Assembly (NCBI GenBank): GCA_023819315.1
Contig: JAMWBQ010000012.1
Location: 1 to 29,108, forward strand
Length of the DNA stretch: 29,108 nucleotides
DNA from: Candidatus Omnitrophota bacterium
GTDB lineage: Bacteria; Omnitrophota; Gorgyraeia; Duberdicusellales; 4484-171
Direction of reading: 5' to 3'
The notes under the pieces were generated by a model. That model did not search any database and was not told the origin of the DNA. It saw only the letters and a list, made by a program, of their open reading frames with translations. The position numbers and the translations under genes are program-made. This document shows, piece by piece, positions 1 through 10,167 of this stretch. The number at the start of each line of letters is the position of its first letter. Positions within the stretch are counted from its first letter, which is position 1.

Positions 1-470
1 TTATCTAATTCGTTGTACAATTCTCTAGTCTGGTTACCCACGGAAATAGCGAGAAGTTCTGCAGCATCTGGGGTTAGTCTCACACCTTTTTCCTTAGCTA
101 CTTGTTGGACTCGTTGTAAAATCTGGTCAGTTTTCCAAGGAGGTATCAGGGAGAATTCTTGAACTTTGGCGTATTTTTGCAGCAATTTAGTTGATTTTAG
201 TCGTCCATCAGGTTTTTTGTTGGAACTAAATAGTAAATGGGATTGAGGAAGAATTTGGGGTAATCTGGTTTCTAACTCTGTTAATAACTCCTGAGGACAT
301 TCTTGACCAATAGTAGTATTTTCAATCCAGATTAATCTCTCTCCCGAACCAAAAGCGGGACTCATTGCTTGATTAAGTCCGATAATAATTGCATCAGGTT
401 GCTCCCCTGAGATTTTATCATAGTTAAATGATAACCAGTCAGGAGCGACTACTTTGTGTTTGAGTTCCTG
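1..470 (-). CDS. Partial DNA polymerase III delta subunit (HolA)-like segment. It lacks the N-terminal ~50 aa, runs off the window edge, and is fused in frame downstream of the polA reading frame. Composition suggests a foreign or chimeric origin.
   Basis: The minus-strand translation ...QELKHKVVAPDWLSFNYDKISGEQPDAIIIGLNQAMSPAFGSGERLIWIENTTIGQECPQELLTELETRLPQILPQSHLLFSSNKKPDGRLKSTKLLQKYAKVQEFSLIPPWKTDQILQRVQQVAKEKGVRLTPDAAELLAISVGNQTRELYNELD aligns block by block with E. coli HolA residues ~55-210 (CQAMSLFAS / P..W......A......L...AA..L....GN...L..EL.KL). GC is ~43% here against ~33% for the rest of the window. The segment is Q/P/L/A-rich where host proteins are K/I/E-rich. There is no stop between it and polA. 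Confidence 0.65.
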
Positions 471-2720
471 AATTGCTTGTCTCAAAGCAAAATCTCTGAG
501 TTCCGGGTTAGGACTATTTATTTCTTCCACATACCTAATCCTACCCATAAGTGTCTTAGTATAGCCTGTTTTTTTAACTTCTTCGTAACTCCTTTCAATA
601 AAATCCCTCACTTTAGGGTATCGCAAAAAATAATTTTCTATAAACGCTCTTGCTTCCTCCTCCCCTACTTCTAACTCTTTAGCTAATCCATACGCACTCA
701 TCCCATAAACTATTCCAAAGTTAACTCTTTTAGCGATATCTCTTTGTTCCTTATCTATGATTTGCGAAGGAATATCAAAAAGTAAGCGTGCAGTAAAACT
801 GTGAATGTCTTCTCCTCTCTTAAAAGCATCTATAAGATTATCCTCCTTGGATAAATGGGCTAAAATCCTCAATTCAATTTGGGAATAATCCGCAGATAAA
901 ATAAATCCCTCTTTAAAAGACGGGACGAAAGCTTTTCTAATTTTTTGAGCGAAATCTCCTTTTGCAGGAACACTCTGTAAATTAGGGGAGTAAGAACTCA
1001 ATCTCCCTGTTTGTGTTCCCATCTGATTAAACTTAGCGTATATTCTCCCTCCTTTTATTTTCACCTCTTCTAAAAAAGGTGATATATAGGTTGATTTTAA
1101 TTTGCTCAATTCGCGATACTCCAAAAGTAACTTAGCAATAGGATAATTATGAGCTAACTTTTCTAAAACTTCTTCATCTGTAGAGAATCCTGTTTTAGTG
1201 CGTTTTACAGGAGGAATTTTTAACTGTTCAAACAAAACTTTTCTCAACTGTTGAGGAGAATTAATATTAAAACTACCACCTGAAATCTTAAAAATCTCCT
1301 CGGTCAATGTAGAAATTCTATTATCCACTTCTTTAGACAAAGCGATAAGATAATCTTGGTCTATATTTATACCCCAACTCTCCATTGCCGAAATAACTCT
1401 TACTAAAGGCATCTCTACGTTTACAAACAGACTCTCTAAAGTGAGATCTTTCATCTTTTCCTTCAAATAGAGGTACAACTTGTTAATAAAGTAAGGGTAA
1501 GTTTGAGGTGGTATTTCCTTAGTAAAAATGTTAAGAAAATAACCAATCAGATTCTCCATACTGTAATCTCCCAAAGAAGGGTTAACTAAATAGGAAGCAA
1601 CCTTTATATCAAAATAGCTACGCTCATCTAACCAATGTGTTTTAAAATTCTTATATATTTCTTTGAAATCGTAAGATACCTTATCTAAATTATGATCTCT
1701 AAAGAACTCCTGAATATCTTCTATAGATGTTTCATAGGTAACTGTCTCGTGTTTACCTAAAATGAATACTTTATCCTGCCAAGGATAAAAAATAATTCTT
1801 CTCTCAGAATTTATCTCCTCTTTCAATTCCCAAGGTAGTTTATTCTCAATCTTTATACCTAAGTTAACCGAAGGTAAAGGAATATCTTTTAGCAAAGAAC
1901 TAAATTCTAATTCTCTAAACATCCCATAAATATCTTGATAATTAGCCTCTCTCCTTTTTAAGTCATCTAAAGTAATATCTATATTAGGTGAAGATAAAAT
2001 GAGCAGTTCTTTACTTAAAAATATATTATCTTTATTATTAACCAATATACATCTCATCTTAGAAGGTATATTATCTAAATTTTTGAATATATTTTCTACA
2101 GAACCGTATAGCTTAACTAATTTTGTTGCTCCTACCTTGCCTATACCTTTTGCACCGGGAACGTTATCTGTGGTATCTCCGGTTAAAGCAAGATAATCAA
2201 CCATTAAAGAAGGAATAAATCCATACTCTTCGTTAAATGTATTCTCCTCGTACATTCTATTTTTCACAGGGTCGTAAATGCACACTCTCCCATCATCTAT
2301 AAGTTGATAAATATCTTTATCCGAACTAACAATCACTACTTTAAAATCTTCTCTTAAAGCTTTTTGGGTTAAAGAAGCAATTATATCATCTGCCTCAAAT
2401 CCTTCTTTTTCAACCAATTTTATCCCCCATAGAGATAAAAGTTTCTTAATCAAGGGAAATTGCACTTTAAGCTCATGGGGAATAGATGGGCGCTGAATTT
2501 TATACTCCCTAAATTTGTCCTGACGGAAAGTTTTCCGAGAAACATCAAAACATACTCCCAAATAAAGAGGATTGTACTTCTTAATAATCTTTCTCAAGGT
2601 AGTGAAAAAACCATAAATAGCTCCCGTAGGAAATCCTTTCGTAGTAGAAAGTCTTATGGCAAAAAATGAACGATAACAAATAGAAGTTCCATCTATAAGA
2701 TACAACACTTCACTTTCCAT
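471..2720 (-). CDS. polA: DNA polymerase I (Taq-like), truncated. The 5'-3' exonuclease domain and the polymerase domain through motif B are present. The C-terminal ~85 aa (the QGSAAD region and motif C with the catalytic HDE) are missing and replaced by the HolA-like segment.
   Basis: The ATG at 2720 gives MESEVLYLIDGTSICYRSFFA (5'-3' exonuclease signature). Further on come RVNFGIVYGMSAYGLAKEL (motif B) and GYTKTLMGRIRYVEEINSPNPELRDFALRQAI, which aligns to Taq GYVETLFGRRRYVPDL...REAAERMAFN. After RQAI the sequence diverges. Confidence 0.9.
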
Positions 2721-2743
2721 TAAAGGGATATTATTCCATCACT

Positions 2744-2782
2744 AAGGTTGGAAACTTAAATAAAAACGTGGTCCACAACCTT
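2744..2782. repeat. Inverted repeat AAGGTTG...CAACCTT (7-bp stems, 24-nt spacer containing GTGGTCCAC) in the polA upstream region.
   Basis: Read directly from the sequence. It lies ~25-60 nt upstream of the polA ATG on the transcribed strand. Confidence 0.3.
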
Positions 2783-3177
2783 AAAAATTTTATAATTAAC
2801 CTTACCTAAAGGAAAGGTATAAACGATTAATACTAAAATTTAACCACTCTCCCTGTAAGAAACTTATATTAAAAAGAGGTGTTTAATTAAAAAATAAATC
2901 TTAACCACTAACTTCTAAATCTTAAAAAAATAATTTTAAAAATTGTCAACGTATTAAAGAATATAGGAGATATAAAGCAAAAGAATATTCTCTCACTTAT
3001 CTATATCACCTATCAATATGTTTTCCTGCCTATTTTTATATTTTGCTTTTAGAATTGCTTAGATATTCTTACTCAGAATTTTTGTAAACTTTTACATTGA
3101 TAACTAACTATAAATTCAACTTATTTTATCTATATTTAAATTGCTAACCTTAATCTGACCTTTATACGAAGATAGGA

Positions 3178-3990
3178 TTAATTCTGGATACTAAATATTG
3201 TCGATAAGGCATCTTTGAGTTTTTGTGCGGTTGAATTATAATCGTTATTATCCAAATAAACTAACGCTTTTTCTATATGAGAACGAATATTATTCTTCTC
3301 GGCAATCTTTTTTAAAGTAACCAAATACTGCATAGTTTCAGCTTTAAGAGCTTTATCATTCGGTTGTAAAGAAAGAACACTTTCAAATTCCCTCAGCGCA
3401 CCATCGTAATTATTACTTTTGTATAAATCTACCCCCAATTTAAAATGTTTTCTTGCTTCTTCTGTATTTTTATTCTTTTTCCCTTCTATATCTTCGTAAA
3501 GAGGTTTTACCTTCTCTTTTAACCACTCTTTCTTAACATCAGAAAATGCCCCTAATGCGATGAGATGCTCTTTGGCTTTCTCCCACCAATATTCCCCTTC
3601 CTCACCTAAAGAAAATCTCTTTTTCCAATAATAAATAGCATTATCTATATCTTTTCTTTCCTCGTATAAAAGGGCCAAATTAGCGTAAGGTGGTAAATAA
3701 TTAGGTGCCTTCTCTATAGCTCTTTTATACATTTCTATCGCCTTATCTTTCTCTCCTAAACTATCAAAAGCAACTCCTAAATCATTGTAAACTTCAGGAT
3801 AATCAGGGTAAATAGATATAGCCTTAGTATAATAAGTAATTGCTCCCTTTAAATTGCCTGAACTCTGCAAGCGGTAACCTTCTTCCCTATATTTCTTAGC
3901 CTCTTCTTTTAAACTAATTTTAGAACCATTTGCATAAGAGAAGGAACATAAAACACCCAAATAAATTAAAAATAATGATATCTTCTTCAT
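3178..3990 (-). CDS. Secreted tetratricopeptide-repeat (TPR) protein. The true start is probably the internal Met at 3990, giving the signal peptide MKKISLFLIYLGVLCSFSYA. The ORF-track start at 4029 would add MTANFIYVILNYN.
   Basis: There are multiple TPR-like units with the pattern A..YY..A....P.Y. The N-terminus has a canonical signal peptide. The upstream extension overlaps a promoter-like TTGACA-N17-TATTTT on the minus strand. Confidence 0.75.
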   Translation of the reverse strand: MKKISLFLIYLGVLCSFSYANGSKISLKEEAKKYREEGYRLQSSGNLKGAITYYTKAISIYPDYPEVYNDLGVAFDSLGEKDKAIEMYKRAIEKAPNYLPPYANLALLYEERKDIDNAIYYWKKRFSLGEEGEYWWEKAKEHLIALGAFSDVKKEWLKEKVKPLYEDIEGKKNKNTEEARKHFKLGVDLYKSNNYDGALREFESVLSLQPNDKALKAETMQYLVTLKKIAEKNNIRSHIEKALVYLDNNDYNSTAQKLKDALSTIFSIQN

Positions 3991-4127
3991 ATTATAATTT
4001 AAAATAACATAAATAAAATTTGCTGTCAAGAATTTTTACTATCTAAATTATAAGAGCCAATAGCCAAACACGAATTAAGAATATAAATATTTAAAATCAA
4101 AAATTAAAATTTATCTAATTACCACGG

Positions 4128-4733
4128 TTAAATAACTATCCTACGGTCTATTATTGCTTTTCCAAGAGTAGAAGGGTCGATATACTCTATCTGCGTACCT
4201 AAAGGTATACCTATACTGATTCTATAAATCTTTACTTTGTATTTTGAAATCTTCTCAATTAAAAACTGTGCGGTTAACTCTCCTTCGTTATCCGGGTCAG
4301 TAGAAATTATTACTTCTTTTATCTCTCCTTTACTTAAACGATTAAGAAGTTTACCAATATTTAGTTCCCCGGGACCAACTCCCTCTAAAGGCGATAATGC
4401 ACCCAAAATAACATAATACAATCCTTGGTATTGAGCAGTTTTTTCTATAGCTAAAACATCCTGAGGAGTTTCTACAATACAAATAGTTTCTCTATCCCTT
4501 TTAGGATTAGCACATATCTGGCAAATTTCATTTGTAGAAAAATTATTGCATAAATTGCACGGTTTAATGCAGCGATGTGCTTCTATTATGTTGTTAACTA
4601 AATTATCTAATTCTTTATTAGAAATCTTAAGAAGATGAAAAGCTAACCTTTGTGCACTCCTTCTACCTATCCCCGGCAATTTCTCTAACTTCTCAATCAA
4701 TTCCTCTAAAATATTAGGAAAACCGCCTGACAT
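4128..4733 (-). CDS. recR: Recombination protein RecR.
   Basis: The protein starts MSGGFPNILEELIEKLEKLPGIGRRSAQRLAFHLL. It has a C4 zinc finger (CIKPCNLCNNFSTNEICQIC) and a Toprim domain. Length is 201 aa. Confidence 0.95.
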   Translation of the reverse strand: MSGGFPNILEELIEKLEKLPGIGRRSAQRLAFHLLKISNKELDNLVNNIIEAHRCIKPCNLCNNFSTNEICQICANPKRDRETICIVETPQDVLAIEKTAQYQGLYYVILGALSPLEGVGPGELNIGKLLNRLSKGEIKEVIISTDPDNEGELTAQFLIEKISKYKVKIYRISIGIPLGTQIEYIDPSTLGKAIIDRRIVI

Positions 4734-4754
4734 ATTGATAAGTTTATAAAAAAA

Positions 4755-6428
4755 TTAAACATCCTCAGTGTAGATATTCCCTTTAAAAGTATCTAATAGC
4801 TCGTCTATAAAAGTGTTATCATCTTTAGTTTCTGATAGTTTCTTAGTATCATCCTCACAACTATTTACTGCTTCCTCCTCTTTGTTAATTAAACATTTCA
4901 ATCTTACCTTCATACCAAACTTATTTAAAAACACACCTTCCACAAATCTTGTATTTTTATTCTCTTCTACAACTTCTTTGTGAAATGAATATTTTTTAGG
5001 GAAAACTACTCTTAAAATATTATTATTAAAAGACTCTAATACCGCTTCCCTCAAATAAGAAGCCAAAGAAACCTTCGTCTTACTAATCTCTGAAATAACC
5101 TCCTCCCACTTCTCTTTTAGATTATCAAAAGTTATAAAATTGCTATCCTCACCTACAACTTCTTCTATATCACCATCCTCTTTGTGATACTCAACTTTTT
5201 TTATATCTAACCCTTTATCAAAAGAATTTTCTATAGAGGCTTGTTCTTTACTCGCAAAAGAGTTATTATTATTCTCCTCCCTACTATTAGCCTTCTGTGA
5301 ACTTGTTAAATTATTACCTTTAGACAAGACCATTCCTCTGTTAGAGGAAGAAAACTTTACTATCTCCAACTCCAAAGGTATTCTTATAGAATTAAGTTTC
5401 TTAGATAACTCCTTAGCTTCAATCAAAAGATCAATGATCTTTAAAATATCCTCAATGGTTACACTTTCTGATAACTTCTTAAGATAATCCTTGGTAAAAG
5501 GAGATATTTGGAAAAGATTAGCAAAAGTTTTAGGACTTACCTTAGCAATCATTATGTAACGGAAATGTTCTATCAAGGCGTTAGTAAATATGCCTAAATC
5601 TTTACCACTATCAATTATCTGTTGGATAAAATCTAATGCAAGGGTTATATCTTTTTCCAAAATAAATTTAACCATTTTATTTAACGTATCCTCATCGATT
5701 ATACCTAAAAAAGAAATAACATCTTCTATTTTAATTTTGGACATAATAACGGGAACTAATTGATCAAGCAACGACTCAGCATCACGAATACTACCCTCAG
5801 AGGAGCGAGCTATAGCATAAAGAATACTTTTATCTATCTCTATCCCTTCTTTCTTAACTATAGCTTCTAACTTATTTATTATCTTCTCTATAGGCAAAAG
5901 ATTGAACTGAAACTTTTGACAACGAGATAGGATCGTAGGTAAAATCTTCTGAGGATGTGTTGTAGCAAAGATAAATTTAACATGCGGTGGTGGCTCTTCC
6001 AATGTCTTTAAAAGGGCATTAAATGCTTCCTGAGTTAACATATGAACTTCATCTATTATATAAATTTTGTAACGAGAGTGAGCTGAAGATAATTTAACTG
6101 TCTCCCTTAATTCCCGTATTTCATCGATCCCGCGGTTAGAAGCCCCATCTATCTCCACCACATCTAAAGATGTACCTTTGGTTATCTCTCGACAACTCAA
6201 ACATTCTTCACAGGGTAGTATGGTAGGACCTTTTTCACAATTAAGAGATTTGGCAAAAATCCTCGCCAAACTCGTTTTACCAACTCCCCTTGGACCACTG
6301 AAAAGATAAGCATGGTGTATCCTATCCTTCAATATTGCGTTTTTCAAGGCGGTAACCACTTTCTCCTGCCCAACTACCTCATCAAAATTCTGCGGTCTAT
6401 ATTTTAAAGCAAATGCAACATATCCCAT
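4755..6428 (-). CDS. dnaX: DNA polymerase III subunit tau/gamma.
   Basis: The protein has YRPQNFDEVVGQE, a Walker A motif (GPRGVGKT), a CEECLSC zinc module, IIDEVHML and the SRC motif. It is 557 aa with a low-complexity C-terminal tau region. Confidence 0.95.
   Translation of the reverse strand: MGYVAFALKYRPQNFDEVVGQEKVVTALKNAILKDRIHHAYLFSGPRGVGKTSLARIFAKSLNCEKGPTILPCEECLSCREITKGTSLDVVEIDGASNRGIDEIRELRETVKLSSAHSRYKIYIIDEVHMLTQEAFNALLKTLEEPPPHVKFIFATTHPQKILPTILSRCQKFQFNLLPIEKIINKLEAIVKKEGIEIDKSILYAIARSSEGSIRDAESLLDQLVPVIMSKIKIEDVISFLGIIDEDTLNKMVKFILEKDITLALDFIQQIIDSGKDLGIFTNALIEHFRYIMIAKVSPKTFANLFQISPFTKDYLKKLSESVTIEDILKIIDLLIEAKELSKKLNSIRIPLELEIVKFSSSNRGMVLSKGNNLTSSQKANSREENNNNSFASKEQASIENSFDKGLDIKKVEYHKEDGDIEEVVGEDSNFITFDNLKEKWEEVISEISKTKVSLASYLREAVLESFNNNILRVVFPKKYSFHKEVVEENKNTRFVEGVFLNKFGMKVRLKCLINKEEEAVNSCEDDTKKLSETKDDNTFIDELLDTFKGNIYTEDV
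5168..5204 (-). other. Candidate programmed -1 ribosomal frameshift or slippage site in dnaX. The slippery heptamer A_AAA_AAA (minus strand, 5202..5196) is followed by G. The -1 frame then reads AGU UGA, a stop after one extra Ser. A 6-bp hairpin (TATCAC-N10-GTGATA) begins 5 nt downstream.
   Basis: The minus-strand sequence is GAT ATA AAA AAA GTT GAG TATCAC AAAGAGGATG GTGATA. After a -1 slip the reading is AAA AAA AGT TGA. The site is at codons ~410-411, so the shifted product is ~412 aa of the 557-aa tau protein. An AAGGG SD-like element lies 8 nt upstream. Confidence 0.45.
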
Positions 6429-6431
6429 AGC

Positions 6432-6842
6432 TTAAACCTTATTCTTAGTTTTTTCTAAAAACAATTTCCGAGGTAATCCTACCCTTTTAGCCTCGCTCCA
6501 TACTTCTTCTAAATTATAGTAATCTCTTGCCTCTTGATTAAAAATATGTAGAATAACATCAAAATAATCTATCAGTAACCAATTGGAAGACACATCATCT
6601 TCGATATGATGAATATCTATTCTATTTTCTTTAGATAATCTGATTGCTTCCTCGTAAATAGCTCTTACCTGCCTTTCCGAATCTCCCGAACATATCACAA
6701 AGTAGTCAAAAGAACGAGATAACTTTTTAAGCTCTAAAACAATTGGTTTATTTGCTTTCTTACCAATAACGAACTCTACTATCTTAAAAGCTTTCTGTTT
6801 ACTATCTAATTCTAAATTCCTCTCTTTTAGCTTCCTTGGCAT
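6432..6842 (-). CDS. rsfS: Ribosomal silencing factor RsfS (Iojap family).
   Basis: Motifs DYFVICSGDSERQVRAI and WLLIDYFDVILHIF...RDYYNLEEVW are present. Confidence 0.85.
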   Translation of the reverse strand: MPRKLKERNLELDSKQKAFKIVEFVIGKKANKPIVLELKKLSRSFDYFVICSGDSERQVRAIYEEAIRLSKENRIDIHHIEDDVSSNWLLIDYFDVILHIFNQEARDYYNLEEVWSEAKRVGLPRKLFLEKTKNKV

Positions 6843-6848
6843 AGATAA

Positions 6849-8120
6849 TTAATTATACATCTTTAATATTTTATCTATATCATTCTTTATATCTTTATCA
6901 GAATTAGTAATACAAGACAAACAGAATTTGGATAAATCAAAAACTTTTTTTGCTAAACACTTTATTCTCTGAGAATCTATCGCTTCTATTAAATTACTTA
7001 TCTCTTCTATTGTATAAATTTTATTTAAAGCTAAATAGGAATCTGCCATATAGAACATTCTACTCTGGGGTTTCTCTATACCCATTATAACCTGTCCTAA
7101 GAAATAATCTTTTGCTCTCTCCAATTCTTTTGCCGAGACAAGTTCATTACTTAACTTAATCAAGGTTTTAGTAATCCCTTTTAACGCCATAATGATATTT
7201 TTAGAATCTAATCCTAAATGGATAATGAATCCTCCACTATCTTTATATTTTCTCACCTCAGTAGAAATATCGTAACATAAACCTCTCTTTTCTCTAATCT
7301 CCTCAAACAACCTACTACTCATATTTGCCCCTAATATGACATTAATTAATTCTACAGTTAACCTCTCCTTACTTCTATAAGATGGTGACCTAAATCCTAA
7401 ACAAAGATGAGTTTGATCAATGTCTTTTTTCTCTACACCTAAGGAAACTTTGTTCAAGTGCGAAGGAGGATAGCTATTCAAATTAATTCTACCAGCTAAA
7501 TTTACATTAATTTTTTTCTTTATACTCTCTATCAAATCTCCTTCCTCCAAATCACCTACACAAGCAATTACCATATTAGAAGGAATATAATAAGTCTCTT
7601 TAAAATTAATTAGATTTTCCCTCTTTATTCTCCTTATCGTTTCCGGTTCACCAATTATTTCTTCACCCAAAGGGTGCTTTTCCCAAAGAAGACTCTCTAA
7701 TATGGTATTTACTCTTATATGAGGTAAATCATTATGCATCTTAACCTCTTCTAAAATAACATTTCTCTCCTTCTCAATTTCACTATCTATGACCAATGGG
7801 TTGGAAACCATATCCAAAAGGATATCAAGGGTTATCTTCCAATTTTTATTGATGAATTGTGCATAGTAGCCGGTAGTCTCTTGAGAAGTGAACCCATTAA
7901 GCATCCCCCCTCTACCTTCTATCTCTCTCTTTATCTCCTTATAAGTATAATTTTTAGAACCTTTAAACAACATATGCTCTAAAAAGTGAGATATCCCTTT
8001 TAACTGAACATCTTCGTATCTTGCACCTATATTTATAAACATACCTAAAGAAGAAGTTTGAAATCCCCTCATAGGAGAGAAAATAAATTTAACATTGCCA
8101 ATATTTAATAATCTAAACAC
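6849..8120 (-). CDS. M16-family (pitrilysin/insulinase-like) zinc peptidase. It starts at a GTG with a strong SD.
   Basis: The HFLEH inverted zinc motif (HxxEH) is followed by ...E. The AAGGAGGT SD lies 4 nt upstream of the GTG at 8120. Confidence 0.85.
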   Translation of the reverse strand: MFRLLNIGNVKFIFSPMRGFQTSSLGMFINIGARYEDVQLKGISHFLEHMLFKGSKNYTYKEIKREIEGRGGMLNGFTSQETTGYYAQFINKNWKITLDILLDMVSNPLVIDSEIEKERNVILEEVKMHNDLPHIRVNTILESLLWEKHPLGEEIIGEPETIRRIKRENLINFKETYYIPSNMVIACVGDLEEGDLIESIKKKINVNLAGRINLNSYPPSHLNKVSLGVEKKDIDQTHLCLGFRSPSYRSKERLTVELINVILGANMSSRLFEEIREKRGLCYDISTEVRKYKDSGGFIIHLGLDSKNIIMALKGITKTLIKLSNELVSAKELERAKDYFLGQVIMGIEKPQSRMFYMADSYLALNKIYTIEEISNLIEAIDSQRIKCLAKKVFDLSKFCLSCITNSDKDIKNDIDKILKMYN

Positions 8121-8898
8121 AGAACCTCCTTACTAAAACATTTAAACTTTTTAGAAAATCCCTCTTCTTAAAATTTTCTTTAATGAACTCTACTATCACA
8201 CTACCTAATATTATACCATCACTTATCTCTCTTATCTTTCTTGCCTGGCTTACACTGTGAATACCAAAACCAACACAGATAGGTAATTGGTTCATCTTTC
8301 TAAGAGAAGAAATTTCTCTGCGTATAGATTGTAAAGATAAATTCTTAGGGCCTGTGATACCAGTAACAGAAATGTAGTATACGAAACCACGGGAAACCTC
8401 CATTATTTTCTTTTTACGTACTAAAGAAGTAGTAGGTGTAATAAAGAATATTGTATCCAAGTCTAATCTTTTAGCAATACTTATATAATCACTTGATTCT
8501 TCTAATGGTAAATCCACTACCATTATGCCATCTATACCCAAATATTTTGCCCTACTTAAGAAATCTTTCAAACCCCAACGATATAAAGGATTATAATAGG
8601 ACATCAGAATTAATGGCACAGTTATTTCTTCTTTAAATTTTTGTAGAAAAGAGAAAAGTTTATCTGTAGTTGCTTTTGCTTGCAAAGCTATCTGGTTAGC
8701 CTCCTGAAGTATACTACCATCAGCTAAAGGGTCAGAGAAAGGTAACCCCAATTCCACTAAATCTACACCACTTTCCTGTAAGGTTAGTATAATATCTCTG
8801 CTTAAAGAAATATTAGGAAAACCAAAAGGCACATAAACGATAAATGCTTTTTTATCTTTTATTCTTAAATCGTAAAATTTTTCCTCTATTCTTCCCAT
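8113..8898 (-). CDS. trpA: Tryptophan synthase alpha chain.
   Basis: Motifs [36 protein letters not shown] and GFGI are present. Its start overlaps the end of trpB. Confidence 0.9.
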   Translation of the reverse strand: MGRIEEKFYDLRIKDKKAFIVYVPFGFPNISLSRDIILTLQESGVDLVELGLPFSDPLADGSILQEANQIALQAKATTDKLFSFLQKFKEEITVPLILMSYYNPLYRWGLKDFLSRAKYLGIDGIMVVDLPLEESSDYISIAKRLDLDTIFFITPTTSLVRKKKIMEVSRGFVYYISVTGITGPKNLSLQSIRREISSLRKMNQLPICVGFGIHSVSQARKIREISDGIILGSVIVEFIKENFKKRDFLKSLNVLVRRFCV

Positions 8899-10067
8899 TT
8901 CCTTACCATATCTAAATCTTTATCTCCTCTACCAGAAAGACAAAGAATAACCAGGGAATTAGATGCACTCTTAGCTAATCTTTTAAGATAGTAAACAGCA
9001 TGAGCTGGCTCTAAGGCAGGGATTATGCCTTCTAATCTACTTAATAATTTAAAACCTTCTATAGCCTCTCTATCGGTAATAGTTACATAATTAGCTCTTT
9101 TTATTTTCTTATAGTAGGCATGCTCAGGACCAACTCCCGGATAATCTAAACCAGGAGCAATAGAATGAGCTAATTTAATCTGACCAAACTTATCCTGTAA
9201 GAGGAACGATTTCGTCCCGTGTAAAACTCCTATATCTCCTTTACTTAAAGATGCTGAATGTCTATCTTTTTTACCCAACCCACCTGCTTCTACACCAATA
9301 AATTTAACTTCTCTATCATAAAAAAAGGGGTGAAATAAACCAATAGCATTACTTCCTCCTCCTACACAAGCTAAAAGGTAATCAGGTAGTCTTCCTTCTT
9401 TTTTAAGAATCTGCTGTTTAACCTCTCTACCGATAACTGCTTGAAAATCACGCACAATCATAGGGTAAGGATGAGGTCCAACCACAGAACCTAAAAGATA
9501 GTATGTATCCTTCACATTAGTTACCCAATCCCTAATTGCTTCACTGCAGGCATCTTTTAAAGTTTTTGAACCACTCTTTACAGGAATAACTCTTGCTCCC
9601 AATGTTTGCATACGAAACACATTCATCTTCTGTCTTTTAATATCAGTCTCTCCCATATAAATATCACATTTAAACCCAAAAAGAGCAGAAACTGTTGCCG
9701 TAGCTACTCCATGTTGGCCAGCACCTGTTTCGGCAATAATTCTTTTCTTACCCATATGTTTTGCTAAAAGAGCTTGTCCTAATGCATTGTTAATCTTATG
9801 AGCACCGGTATGTAAAATGTCCTCTCTTTTTAAATAAACTTTAATGTTTAAATATCTGGAAATATTAGGAGCAAAATAAAGAGGTGTCGGCCTACCAGCA
9901 TAATCTTTAAGGTAAGAATTTAACTGTTGATTAAACTCTCTATTATTTCTTAAAAGATTATAAGCTTCTTCCAACTCCTTAAGAGGATTAAAGAGTGTCT
10001 CAGGAATAAATTTACCCCCAAACTCACCAAAATAACCATCTTTATCCGGTAATGCAACTCTCCTCAT
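8886..10067 (-). CDS. trpB: Tryptophan synthase beta chain.
   Basis: Motifs [23 protein letters not shown] (PLP-binding lysine) and [10 protein letters not shown] are present. Confidence 0.95.
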   Translation of the reverse strand: MRRVALPDKDGYFGEFGGKFIPETLFNPLKELEEAYNLLRNNREFNQQLNSYLKDYAGRPTPLYFAPNISRYLNIKVYLKREDILHTGAHKINNALGQALLAKHMGKKRIIAETGAGQHGVATATVSALFGFKCDIYMGETDIKRQKMNVFRMQTLGARVIPVKSGSKTLKDACSEAIRDWVTNVKDTYYLLGSVVGPHPYPMIVRDFQAVIGREVKQQILKKEGRLPDYLLACVGGGSNAIGLFHPFFYDREVKFIGVEAGGLGKKDRHSASLSKGDIGVLHGTKSFLLQDKFGQIKLAHSIAPGLDYPGVGPEHAYYKKIKRANYVTITDREAIEGFKLLSRLEGIIPALEPAHAVYYLKRLAKSASNSLVILCLSGRGDKDLDMVRKWEE

Positions 10068-10094
10068 CTAATTATTTATAAAAATTTATAACTT

Positions 10095-10167
10095 TGGCGG
10101 CGAGTGGAGTTGAACCACCGACATAGCGGGTATGAGCCGCTTGCTCTGCCAACTGAGCTACGCCGCC
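10095..10167 (-). tRNA. tRNA-Met (anticodon CAU). Elongator-type features are present; tRNA-Ile2 (lysidine) is not excluded. It is 73 nt and CCA is not encoded.
   Basis: Reverse complement: GGCGGCG-TA-GCTC-AGTTGGCA-GAGC-A-AGCGG-CTCATAC-CCGCT-ATGTC-GGTGG-TTCAACT-CCACT-CGCCGCC-A. The cloverleaf is complete, with U33, A37, a G1-C72 pair and a T-loop TTCAACT. Confidence 0.85.

Noticed and set aside
2982-2991. The perfect 10-bp palindrome AGAATATTCT, as a specific operator.
   Set aside because: About one such AT-rich palindrome is expected by chance in a 458-bp region at this composition. It is kept only as a minor note within the intergenic-region finding.
3991-4029. N-terminal extension MTANFIYVILNYN on the TPR protein (ORF-track start at 4029).
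   Set aside because: The internal Met at 3990 begins a textbook signal peptide (MKKISLFLIYLG...). The extension is translated from an AT-rich promoter-like stretch (TTGACA-N17-TATTTT).
10095-10167. Initiator tRNA-fMet assignment for the CAU tRNA.
   Set aside because: It has a G1-C72 pair where a bacterial initiator has the C1xA72 mismatch. The anticodon stem lacks the three consecutive G-C pairs. Elongator Met or Ile2 is more consistent.
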